The notes beneath the pieces are model-generated. The model was given only the letters and a program-made list of their open reading frames with translations, had not been told where the DNA came from and did no database searches. From a virus: 59,428 nt of DNA. The position numbers were made by a program, and so were the translations under genes. Positions within the stretch are counted from its first letter, which is position 1. Every line of letters begins with the position of its first letter. The stretch is from the IMG/VR virus record IMGVR_UViG_2866649352_000001, positions 1 to 59,428 of that record; one strand, 5' to 3'. Below, piece after piece: positions 40,861-48,355 of the stretch.

Positions 40861-40949
40861 ACCAGTTGGGTCGTCGGTCGTTCGGGACTTCGTCCCTCTC
40901 TCCCTCCTCCCAGGGAGAGTGATGTGCCTCAGGAGGCCGAAGCGTGGCA

Positions 40950-41330
40950 CCGAGCCAGTGTGACCTTTGTCACAGGACCGGAGGTCAGACCTTATGTGGC
41001 CACTGTGACCTGGGCCATGTCACCTCACAGCGGCCGAGTAGGCACGGAAGGTAACTGTTCACACACTGTGATCGCTCGGAGTGCGATTCCAGATTGAACG
41101 ATCAACCGTCGAGACCTGCGCAAATGTCGGGGACGCGACGGTTGTGGCCGAGGTTTACTTGCGTTTCGGTCAAGACTCGACCAAGAGGTCAAGCCGCCGA
41201 CCTCCCCGTTGTCCGGTTCGCGGAGATGTGCATACAGTGACAGCCGCCACGGAGGGTGAATGCAAGTGCAGGGGGGTGGTCGGAAGGGTTTCAGTGACAG
41301 TGCGTGTCCAAGGTGGTGACAGTCCGTTCA
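40950..41330. promoter_or_regulatory. Cluster of GTGACA(G)/TGTCAC motifs, some as inverted repeats (operator-like)
   Basis: tgtgac-cttt-gtcaca (40959-40974); gtgac-N9-gtcac (41005-41023); GTGACAG at 41237, 41294 and 41316. Confidence 0.45.
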
Positions 41331-41390
41331 CCAACTGGGGTCTGACCTGGGGGATCTCCCGAAAAACGGGGACAGGGTGAGAGCGGCAAG

Positions 41391-41426
41391 TTACAGCAGC
41401 TTGATAGCAGTGTGTTAGCGTCAGCC
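41391..41426 (+). promoter_or_regulatory. Conserved promoter-like element, copy E (divergent)
   Basis: ACAGCAGCTTGA TAGCAGTGTGT TAGCGTCAGCC shows 11-nt phasing as in the other copies; lies 60 nt upstream of the HTH gene. Confidence 0.35.
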
Positions 41427-41486
41427 TGCCAAGGGCCCATCGGGCCCAGACCAGCTCTGACCCCCACAAGCGAGGTGTGCTTCCCC

Positions 41487-41963
41487 ATGGCCCGACCTAG
41501 GAAGGTAGAAGACGAAGTACTCGTCCAAATGGTCCTGGACGAGATCCCTTACGCCGAAATCGCGAGTGAGGTCGGCGTGACGATCTCTGGCGTGAATCAG
41601 AGAGTTCGCCAACTACGGCGAGCGGGCAAGCTCCCGCCCGTGAAGTACGTGGACCATAAATGGGCGATTCCGTGGACCATCGCCACTGAGCACCAGAAGA
41701 ACCGGGTTGCGATGTATCTACGGTGGCTTTCCAGGACGGCCCAGGGCGATGAAATCCTCCAGGAGAATCGCAACACTGCGCTTAGGTGGGCCCAGACGCT
41801 AGTAGACGAGAATCGCGACGTCGATTATGACCGAGACGCGCCACCAAACGATCTGAGCAAGCAGGGGGGATTCTTCCTCAGGGAGGCAGACCCTGAGAAT
41901 TGGCACCTGAAGATGGTTTTGGACAAGGCCAAGGCAGGTGTCCTCAAGAACAAGAAGCGCTGA
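41487..41963 (+). CDS. HTH DNA-binding protein (158 aa), first gene of the rightward block
   Basis: IPYAEIASEVGVTISGVNQRVRQLRRAG is an HTH of sigma-region-4/LuxR-like shape. Confidence 0.55.
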   Translation: MARPRKVEDEVLVQMVLDEIPYAEIASEVGVTISGVNQRVRQLRRAGKLPPVKYVDHKWAIPWTIATEHQKNRVAMYLRWLSRTAQGDEILQENRNTALRWAQTLVDENRDVDYDRDAPPNDLSKQGGFFLREADPENWHLKMVLDKAKAGVLKNKKR

Positions 41964-42003
41964 CGCCGAGGTCAGCTCTTTGGCCCCGCATACAGGAGAG
42001 TGT

Positions 42004-42258
42004 ATGTCCGTGACGTCTGTAGGCTACGCCGGCCCGAAAGAGCCACAGGCACCCGTGGGAGAGGCGGTCGAGCTTCACGAGGGAATGACGGTGCAGGACT
42101 ACGAGGACGGAACGCTGGTGGAAATCTCCGCACCAATCGGTGCTCCTGTGGTTGTTCACCCGATCCCGGAGGGCGGGGTCTGGGCGCAGTCGTTCGAGCA
42201 CCGTGGCGTGTGCTACGTCGCCATCTGGTATCCGGATCAACATCTCGGATTCAACTGA
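42004..42258 (+). CDS. Hypothetical protein (84 aa)
   Basis: ATG after AGGAGAG. Confidence 0.5.
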   Translation: MSVTSVGYAGPKEPQAPVGEAVELHEGMTVQDYEDGTLVEISAPIGAPVVVHPIPEGGVWAQSFEHRGVCYVAIWYPDQHLGFN

Positions 42259-42268
42259 AAGGAGCAGT

Positions 42269-43057
42269 ATGACGGAGGGAAAGCGGCGATATTCCCCCTC
42301 CAGACTCCAGACATACACAACCTGCGGTCACGCGTACTACCTGGAGAAGTTCGTCCGGGAACCGCAACGGCAAGCAGTTTGGTTCATCCAAGGAACGGCC
42401 GTTCACAGCGCCATCGAGGCGTACGAGCGGTCGTTCCGCATGTCGGCCCCCGAAATGCCCCTAGAGGTCTTTGAGGCGACGTGGCACCTGGAGATGGAGA
42501 AGGCGTACAAGGAGCAGCCCGACGAGTCCATGTGGATGGTCGGTGGCCGTAGGAAGCTCTCTACGGACCGTGAGAAGCGCTTCGAGATGGGGCGCAACCA
42601 AGTACTCGACTACATCGGGTACCACGCCCCAGACGGCCGTATGAGGCCCGCTGAGATCGTTCCGGGCGAACCGGCCGTCGAGGTCGGGTTCGAGCTGGAC
42701 TTCGGTGAGTTCCTTTGCATCGGCTACATCGACATGGTTGTCGAGGATCAAGAGACCGGCCTCTGGTTTCCAGAGGACTGGAAGACAGGCTCGAAGCTGC
42801 CAGTCGATCCCTTCCAGATCGGGACGTACGGCATCGCCCTCAAGGAGCTGACGGGACAGGAAGTCCCGTGGGGTGGTTACTGGGACTGCCGGAACAACGA
42901 GCTGGTGACCAAGGACCTGACGCCCTACACGAAGGACGTTGTTGGGAACTGGTACCGCCAGTTCCACGAGGGGATCAAGGCGGGTGTGTTCCTGCCCAAT
43001 CCGGGCGACGCGTGCTTCACCTGCACGGTGAAGCCGACTTGCGTCTACGCCGCGTAG
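42269..43057 (+). CDS. Cas4/RecB-like PD-(D/E)XK exonuclease with Fe-S cysteine cluster
   Basis: N-terminal C (TTCGHAYY), GYIDMV...EDWKTG (D...ExK), C-terminal CFTCTVKPTC; AAAGGAG RBS. Confidence 0.75.
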   Translation: MTEGKRRYSPSRLQTYTTCGHAYYLEKFVREPQRQAVWFIQGTAVHSAIEAYERSFRMSAPEMPLEVFEATWHLEMEKAYKEQPDESMWMVGGRRKLSTDREKRFEMGRNQVLDYIGYHAPDGRMRPAEIVPGEPAVEVGFELDFGEFLCIGYIDMVVEDQETGLWFPEDWKTGSKLPVDPFQIGTYGIALKELTGQEVPWGGYWDCRNNELVTKDLTPYTKDVVGNWYRQFHEGIKAGVFLPNPGDACFTCTVKPTCVYAA

Positions 43058-43068
43058 GTCTCTCTTTT

Positions 43069-43101
43069 TTGACTCATTACAGCACATCGTTAGCACAGTG
43101 A
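43069..43101 (+). promoter_or_regulatory. Conserved promoter-like element, copy B
   Basis: T-run, TTGACT, 16-nt spacer, cAGCACATCGT TAGCACAGTGA, then GAGGAGG RBS. Confidence 0.5.
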
Positions 43102-43112
43102 GAGGAGGTGCT

Positions 43113-43925
43113 TTGAGTCTCTCTAGTTTGGATGCAGCCCTCCGGACTAACAGGGAATCCGGTCAACCTTTGCCTTCGGTGTGGCAGTCCCTCACGGACG
43201 CGACGGCCGTCTTCCGTAGGCCCCAGCTCGTGGTCATCGCTTCGGCCCCTGGCGTGGGTAAGAGCGCCCTGGCGCTCAACCTGGCCGTCCGTTCGGGTTC
43301 GAGCTGCATCTACTTCAGTGCGGACTCGGGGCCTGGCACGCAGCTCGTCCGGACGGTTTCCATCCTCACCGGCCGGGAGACCGGTGTAGTTCAGAAGGCC
43401 ATGGAATCCGGCTATCCGTTCACGGAGGAGCTGCGGCCTGTCCGCAACATCTGGTGGGAGTTCGACGCAGGCCCGAGCTTGGACCTGATTGACCGATCCG
43501 TGACAGCGCACGGCTATCTCGGGGCCTACCCCGACATGACGATAATCGACAACTTGATGAACGTCGATGCCGAAGGCGAATCCGAGGCGAAGGCCCACAA
43601 GGACACTCTTCTGTTCGGGCTTGAACTAGCCCGAAGTCGGAACATGTGCGTGATAGTCCTGGCCCACCTTATTGGTGAATACGAGGACGGGATCACACCC
43701 CCGCCACTGTCGGCGCTGATGAACAAGATCGGGAAGATTCCCGAAATGGTCCTCACTCTCTACAACCTGGAAAACCCGCTCGGTGGTAGCGAACTGGGAG
43801 TGGCCATCGTCAAGAACCGCGATGGAATCGCGGATGCAGCGGCCCGATATGGCGTCAGCCTTCGCAAAGACCTTTCCCGAATGACCATTGAGGATCTCAA
43901 CAACGGAGGGTTGATCGCAGCATGA
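43113..43925 (+). CDS. DnaB-like replicative helicase (RecA-fold C-terminal domain type)
   Basis: Walker A IASAPGVGKSALALN, Walker B-like MTIIDNL. TTG start 5 nt after GAGGAGG; the track start at 43098 lies inside the promoter-like element. Confidence 0.7.
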   Translation: MSLSSLDAALRTNRESGQPLPSVWQSLTDATAVFRRPQLVVIASAPGVGKSALALNLAVRSGSSCIYFSADSGPGTQLVRTVSILTGRETGVVQKAMESGYPFTEELRPVRNIWWEFDAGPSLDLIDRSVTAHGYLGAYPDMTIIDNLMNVDAEGESEAKAHKDTLLFGLELARSRNMCVIVLAHLIGEYEDGITPPPLSALMNKIGKIPEMVLTLYNLENPLGGSELGVAIVKNRDGIADAAARYGVSLRKDLSRMTIEDLNNGGLIAA

Positions 43926-44062
43926 TAAAGCGACGTGATGACGGCCGTGGCCTCTACATCGAGGTTGGACCGGTGTTCCTGGTTTTCAACGGGTGGGTTT
44001 ATGGGTTCCAGCTTGGAATCTGGCGACTGCTCGACATTGCGATTTGGGAAAAGAGGGTCTGA
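43922..44062 (+). CDS. Small hydrophobic protein (46 aa; below cutoff)
   Basis: Hand-translated: MIKRRDDGRGLYIEVGPVFLVFNGWVYGFQLGIWRLLDIAIWEKRV; ATGA coupling. Confidence 0.35.
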   Translation: MIKRRDDGRGLYIEVGPVFLVFNGWVYGFQLGIWRLLDIAIWEKRV

Positions 44063-44226
44063 TGTGTTGCAACCTGGATGAAGTGCCCGAGATCTTCTTC
44101 GTAGATGAAGAGGGGGATCGCGTTTACTCGGGGGAGTTCGCCATCCTCAGTGTGAACCTGGGTCACTGGGTGTTTGATCGGGACGACATCACGTTCATTG
44201 TCCGAAGGAAGGACGATGACACGTAA
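44062..44226 (+). CDS. Hypothetical protein (54 aa)
   Basis: TGATG coupling; MCCNLDEVPEIFFVDEEGDRVY... Confidence 0.4.
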   Translation: MCCNLDEVPEIFFVDEEGDRVYSGEFAILSVNLGHWVFDRDDITFIVRRKDDDT

Positions 44227-44671
44227 GGGATACAGGCCATGCGCGAAGTGCGGCAGGAATAGAGCAGAAAGGTTCTTCACATCTAATCGCGGACGAATCT
44301 GCGAGACCTGCCGCAAGAAGACCCGATCGAAGGCGAGCCACGAAGCCAGGGTCACAGCGACCTACGGCCTGCTGGCCGGAGAGTACGACCAGCTCTTCAA
44401 GGCCCAGGGCGGCGTCTGTGCGGGCTGCCTACAGCCTCGCACACAACGGTTGTCGGTAGACCACGACCACAAGTCACAGCTCGTTAGAGGGCTTCTCTGC
44501 CGCCGCTGCAACGGACACGTCCTGCCGTACTCGAAGGACTCACCTGAGACCCTTCGCCGGCTGGCTGACTACTTGGAGAACCCGCCTGCGCTTCGCATTC
44601 TCGGCAAGCGCTATTACCAGGGCGAGGACAAGTCCAAGCGAAAGAGGAAAAAGCGAAATGTCGTACGTTGA
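44216..44671 (+). CDS. Recombination endonuclease VII-family protein
   Basis: C..C...C..C N-terminus; GGVCAGC...LSVDHDHKSQLVRGLLCRRCNG is the Endonuclease_7 signature. Confidence 0.8.
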   Translation: MTRKGYRPCAKCGRNRAERFFTSNRGRICETCRKKTRSKASHEARVTATYGLLAGEYDQLFKAQGGVCAGCLQPRTQRLSVDHDHKSQLVRGLLCRRCNGHVLPYSKDSPETLRRLADYLENPPALRILGKRYYQGEDKSKRKRKKRNVVR

Positions 44672-44843
44672 CCTGAACGTCGAGATCGATACAGAGGACC
44701 TGGCTCGGGAGTTGGCCTGGGGCGAGAGCCACGAGTCGTTGATCGATTTCGTCCTGGGGTTGGACCTTCGGGTTGGTGACTCCAGCTTCACCAAGAACCT
44801 GATCGCAGAGCTGGAGAAGTCCATCGAGGACGAGGGGGTCTGA
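44658..44843 (+). CDS. Hypothetical acidic protein (61 aa)
   Basis: ORF track. Confidence 0.45.
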   Translation: MSYVDLNVEIDTEDLARELAWGESHESLIDFVLGLDLRVGDSSFTKNLIAELEKSIEDEGV

Positions 44844-44844
44844 A

Positions 44845-45033
44845 ATGACGTACCTGGAGCATGAGGTCACTCTTGACCTTGATCTCGACGAGCTTGCCGT
44901 CGAGATGAGCCAGAACCTCCTGCGTTTCGAGATCGAGGACTTCATCGTCGAACTCGTCGAGCACGAGGAGAGCGACGAAATGGCTCGAAACCTTCTGCGT
45001 TTCCTGACTGACTACCTTGAGGAGAGTAACTGA
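44845..45033 (+). CDS. Hypothetical acidic protein (62 aa)
   Basis: ORF track. Confidence 0.45.
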   Translation: MTYLEHEVTLDLDLDELAVEMSQNLLRFEIEDFIVELVEHEESDEMARNLLRFLTDYLEESN

Positions 45034-45034
45034 C

Positions 45035-45262
45035 ATGAAGGTCCGTAAGGAAGAGATCAAGGTCACCAAGAACATTCTTGAGATGACTGACGATGAGTTG
45101 CGAATGCTTGCGGCGCTCGCTGACTTCCCGAGTTGGCTCCGCCAGACGGAGAAGGCTCGTGAGTTCCTGGAGGAGCTTCACGAGAAGGCCGGTGGTGACA
45201 CCGGTTTCGAGTTCGTCACCGCTGACGAGTACTTCGATATGACGCCTTCGAAGTTTGCCTGA
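45035..45262 (+). CDS. Hypothetical protein (75 aa)
   Basis: Internal ATG of ORF 45017..45262. Confidence 0.45.
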   Translation: MKVRKEEIKVTKNILEMTDDELRMLAALADFPSWLRQTEKAREFLEELHEKAGGDTGFEFVTADEYFDMTPSKFA

Positions 45263-45645
45263 TGGATCTCGACATCGTTCCGATTCTTGAGCACTACGGA
45301 TTTGATGTCCCCGATCCGGAGCCGGGCGAAGCCTGGACGAAAGTGCTCTGCGAATTCCATGGCGAGTCGAATGCTTCGGCGAGCTACAACCAGTACGCAT
45401 TCCATTGCTTCGCCTGTGGCGTGAAGGGAGATGCGATAGCAATCATCATGGGGAGGGAGGAAGTGGATTTTGCTGGTGCCAAGCAGTTCTACGAAGGAGT
45501 GGTTGGAGAAGGCGTCACTGAGGTACCACGAGCAGCTAACACCGGCCGCCGTCGAGTATCTGACCGGTCCCGATCGAGGGCTAACCGAGGAAACGATCGA
45601 GCGGTTCCGGCTCGGGGTCGTAGACGACCCTCTTCCCGGCCATGA
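45262..45645 (+). CDS. DNA primase N-terminal zinc-binding (CHC2) domain protein
   Basis: CEFHGESNASASYNQYAFHCFACGVKGDAIAII is zf-CHC2. The last ~50 aa are Arg-rich and low-complexity, and overlap the next ORF. Confidence 0.65.
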   Translation: MDLDIVPILEHYGFDVPDPEPGEAWTKVLCEFHGESNASASYNQYAFHCFACGVKGDAIAIIMGREEVDFAGAKQFYEGVVGEGVTEVPRAANTGRRRVSDRSRSRANRGNDRAVPARGRRRPSSRP

Positions 45646-46105
45646 GGGCTACCGAGGCCGGATCGTCATTCCCTACCTGACGAACTACGGGGTGACCACA
45701 CTCCGGTTCCGGAAGCTTGGTGGTGACGAGAAGTACAAATACCTGTCCCTTCCGGGAGACCCATCACGGATCTTCAACCCGGCGGAGTTGGAGAAGGGCC
45801 ACAGGTCCATCTGCGTATCCGAAGGTGAATTCGACTGCATGGTCGCCATGCAGTGCGACCTGCCTTGCATCGGAATCCCTGGAGTAGATCACTGGGACCC
45901 CATCCTGGCGATCCTGCTGAGTCCGTATGAGCACGTCTTTCTGCTCCAGGACGCGGGCGACGCAGGACAGCAGATGGCCGATCGGATGGCGAAGGAACTT
46001 CGCCACAACCTCAGGCCCATCGTGATGGGCGACGACGACACGACTTCTTTCTTCCTTCAGCACGGGAGGGATGGACTCAGAAACAAGGTGATTGGCAATG
46101 GCTAA
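45470..46105 (+). CDS. DNA primase Toprim/catalytic-core domain protein
   Basis: AVEYLTGPDRGLTEETIERFRLGV..., CVSEGEFDCM (Toprim E), LLQDAGDAG (DxD). TTG start 6 nt after GGGAGGGAGGAAG. Confidence 0.7.
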   Translation: MLVPSSSTKEWLEKASLRYHEQLTPAAVEYLTGPDRGLTEETIERFRLGVVDDPLPGHEGYRGRIVIPYLTNYGVTTLRFRKLGGDEKYKYLSLPGDPSRIFNPAELEKGHRSICVSEGEFDCMVAMQCDLPCIGIPGVDHWDPILAILLSPYEHVFLLQDAGDAGQQMADRMAKELRHNLRPIVMGDDDTTSFFLQHGRDGLRNKVIGNG

Positions 46106-46388
46106 GTACTTCCTGGACATGGACATGGGCCTAGACGACGTGGCCGACGTTTTTCGGCAGAACGGCTGGGAGTACGCAGCCCGCGGAGTCTACGGGGTTC
46201 CGGAGGCCGAGGATCTCTCTCGCCAGGTGATGGTCCTGGCGGCCGAGCTGGATCGCAACGAGACGGACTACATCCATCAAGGCCGGCTGGCTGTGCTCCG
46301 CGACCCGGAGGTCAACGGAACTTGCCAGGTGGCGCTGATTGTCGGCTATCTCTACAACGAAGACGTGGAGGCTTTTGAGGATGCCTGA
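46098..46388 (+). CDS. Hypothetical protein (96 aa)
   Basis: ATG after AAGGTGA. Confidence 0.5.
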   Translation: MAKYFLDMDMGLDDVADVFRQNGWEYAARGVYGVPEAEDLSRQVMVLAAELDRNETDYIHQGRLAVLRDPEVNGTCQVALIVGYLYNEDVEAFEDA

Positions 46389-46794
46389 GTACGAGATCGG
46401 TCACATCTACAGGGATCGTATGGGCGACGAGTGGAAAGTCGTCAACGACCTCGAATTCGTCATGTGGGACCCCGATGGCCAGAAGTGGTACGAGAACAGC
46501 CCCTGCACCATCTCCTCAGTCGAGAGGTTCTGGTCTCCGCTGGTTCTCATCGGGGAAGTCCCCGAGAACCACGACCCGATCAACAGCCCGCGCCACTACG
46601 CGGACGGATGGTCCAACGGTGCCGAAGTCATCGACATCGCAGAGCATCTGACGTTCAACCGTGGCGCCGCTGTGAAGTACCTCGCCCGTGCTGGCCGAAA
46701 GGACCCCGAGACTGAGCTGGAGGACCTGAAGAAGGCGCAGTGGTTTGTGAATAGGGAGGTGGCACTCCTTGAAGCGGGTCGTAGTAATCAGTGA
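46381..46794 (+). CDS. DUF3310-like protein
   Basis: The C-terminal INSPRHYADGWSNGAEVIDIAEHLTFNRGAAVKYLARAGRKD...DLKKAQWFVNREV matches the DUF3310 pattern from memory. Confidence 0.55.
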   Translation: MPEYEIGHIYRDRMGDEWKVVNDLEFVMWDPDGQKWYENSPCTISSVERFWSPLVLIGEVPENHDPINSPRHYADGWSNGAEVIDIAEHLTFNRGAAVKYLARAGRKDPETELEDLKKAQWFVNREVALLEAGRSNQ

Positions 46795-47572
46795 TGTCCA
46801 GATGCCCTATGAATCAAAGCGGATGCTGAAGAACGTCATTGACTTCATTGGCGTCTGGCAGCCGGACGAGGTTTACCAGATCGGGGACCTCATGGACTAC
46901 CCGACTCCGTCTCGGTGGTCGAAGGGAACTCGGGACGAGTTCGCCCAGCTCGTCAAGGAGCACAGCGAGTACGGGAAGCGCAACTTCCTCGATCCTCTCC
47001 GGGCCGTCTACGACGGGCCGGTAGGCGTGTTGGAGGGCAACCACGACGAGCGGCCTCGGGTCTACCTGACCAAGGAAGCTCCAGCTCTGGCCGAGTTCCA
47101 GGATGTTGTGCACTTCAGCACCCTGTTGGATTTCGACGGCTTCGGAGTGAGCCACACGCCCGCCTTTCACAAGGTCGGACCTGACACCGTGCTCGTTCAT
47201 GGCCACGAGATCAAGGGCTACTCGTCCGTCGCAGGGACGACTGCTTACAACCATGCTCGGAAGGCTGGAGCCAATGTCATCTGCGGACACACTCACCGTC
47301 TTGGAATACGACGAGAGACTTTCGGAAACAGTTCAACGGGATATACGACCCGATGGGGATTCGAAGTCGGACATCTCATGGCAATGGATAAGGCCGGATA
47401 CCTTGGCGCTGGTGGAGTCGCGAACTGGCAGGCGGGTTTTGGTCTGCTCTACGTCGGCGACTACGACGTCCAGCCCGTAGAGGTGGACGTCAATCGGGAT
47501 GGCTCCTTCGTCGTCGAAGGCACCCGCTATGGCGCTCTGAAGAGGGGCCCCGGTGGTCGTTTTTCGGTCTAG
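46769..47572 (+). CDS. Calcineurin-like metallophosphoesterase
   Basis: Motifs ISDVQMP, GDLMD, GNHDE, VHGHE, GHTH. Confidence 0.75.
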   Translation: MKRVVVISDVQMPYESKRMLKNVIDFIGVWQPDEVYQIGDLMDYPTPSRWSKGTRDEFAQLVKEHSEYGKRNFLDPLRAVYDGPVGVLEGNHDERPRVYLTKEAPALAEFQDVVHFSTLLDFDGFGVSHTPAFHKVGPDTVLVHGHEIKGYSSVAGTTAYNHARKAGANVICGHTHRLGIRRETFGNSSTGYTTRWGFEVGHLMAMDKAGYLGAGGVANWQAGFGLLYVGDYDVQPVEVDVNRDGSFVVEGTRYGALKRGPGGRFSV

Positions 47573-47597
47573 TTTTAGCACATTGTTAGCACATTGA
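47564..47597 (+). promoter_or_regulatory. Conserved promoter-like element, copy C
   Basis: T-run, CGGTCT, 16-nt spacer, and TAGCACATTGT TAGCACATTGA (a near-perfect tandem 11-mer). Confidence 0.5.
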
Positions 47598-47611
47598 GAG
47601 TAGGTGAGAAC

Positions 47612-48355
47612 TTGTTTGAGCAGGTGACCCTTGAGCAGCTCATGGAGCTGGCTTCTCGGGCTGGGAAGGAGGTCGCCCGGAAGTATCCGGGGGTTGAGGC
47701 CGAGGACATCGCCTCGGAGGCTCTCTCCTCCCTCATGGAGAAGCTTGACCGCGTTGCGGAGATGGCCCCTGGCTACCTCTACGAGGTGCTGCGTCGGGGT
47801 GGTCTCACCTACGCGGCTGCCCAGCGCTACCAGTACATCGTTGAGTCCAGCCAGTACGTCTACACACCCAAGGAAGTTCGGGCGCTGCTGGAGCATTGCT
47901 ACTACGACCCGGCCGCGTGGGATGTCCCGACCGGTGAGGACGACTGGCTGAGTGCCGAGATCGACGGACAGTCAATCGGTGTCGCTCTGATCGACATCAA
48001 GGTCGCCATGAAGGCGATCTCGCCCGCCCACCGGAACGCCCTGGAGTGCCGGTTCTACAAGGGCGATACCTCGGTGGAGCGGAAGCTGATCTCTCGCGCC
48101 ATCGATTCACTCGTCCGCGCCCTGAATCGGAAGATCAACGGCTTCGAAGGCGACTTCGAGGGCCGAAGGTCGATGTCGAATGGCGAGGCGCAGAGGCGAA
48201 TCTCCTACGAGATGGAACAGGACTCGTCCTACCGGTCCGATGCGCTGGACGAGTATCACGACATCCGGTCAGCTACTGCGGTTGCACGGGATTTCCAGGA
48301 CCCACCCGGAACATGGTTCGACTGGTCGAAGTACACACAAAAGGAGGCGGCTTGA
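47612..48355 (+). CDS. Sigma-70-family (ECF-like) factor candidate
   Basis: Region-2-like VEAEDIASEALSSLMEKL and region-4-like ISPAHRNALECRFYKGDTSVERKLISRAIDSLVRAL. Start is uncertain: TTG 47612 or TTG 47594. Confidence 0.5.
   Translation: MFEQVTLEQLMELASRAGKEVARKYPGVEAEDIASEALSSLMEKLDRVAEMAPGYLYEVLRRGGLTYAAAQRYQYIVESSQYVYTPKEVRALLEHCYYDPAAWDVPTGEDDWLSAEIDGQSIGVALIDIKVAMKAISPAHRNALECRFYKGDTSVERKLISRAIDSLVRALNRKINGFEGDFEGRRSMSNGEAQRRISYEMEQDSSYRSDALDEYHDIRSATAVARDFQDPPGTWFDWSKYTQKEAA

Noticed and set aside
48046-48351. N-terminal 100-aa extension of the RNR ORF in the track (start 48046).
   Set aside because: It overlaps the sigma-like gene in another frame and is Arg-rich. A TTG with an AAGGAGG RBS at 48352 coincides with the sigma-like stop, and conserved RNR sequence begins there.
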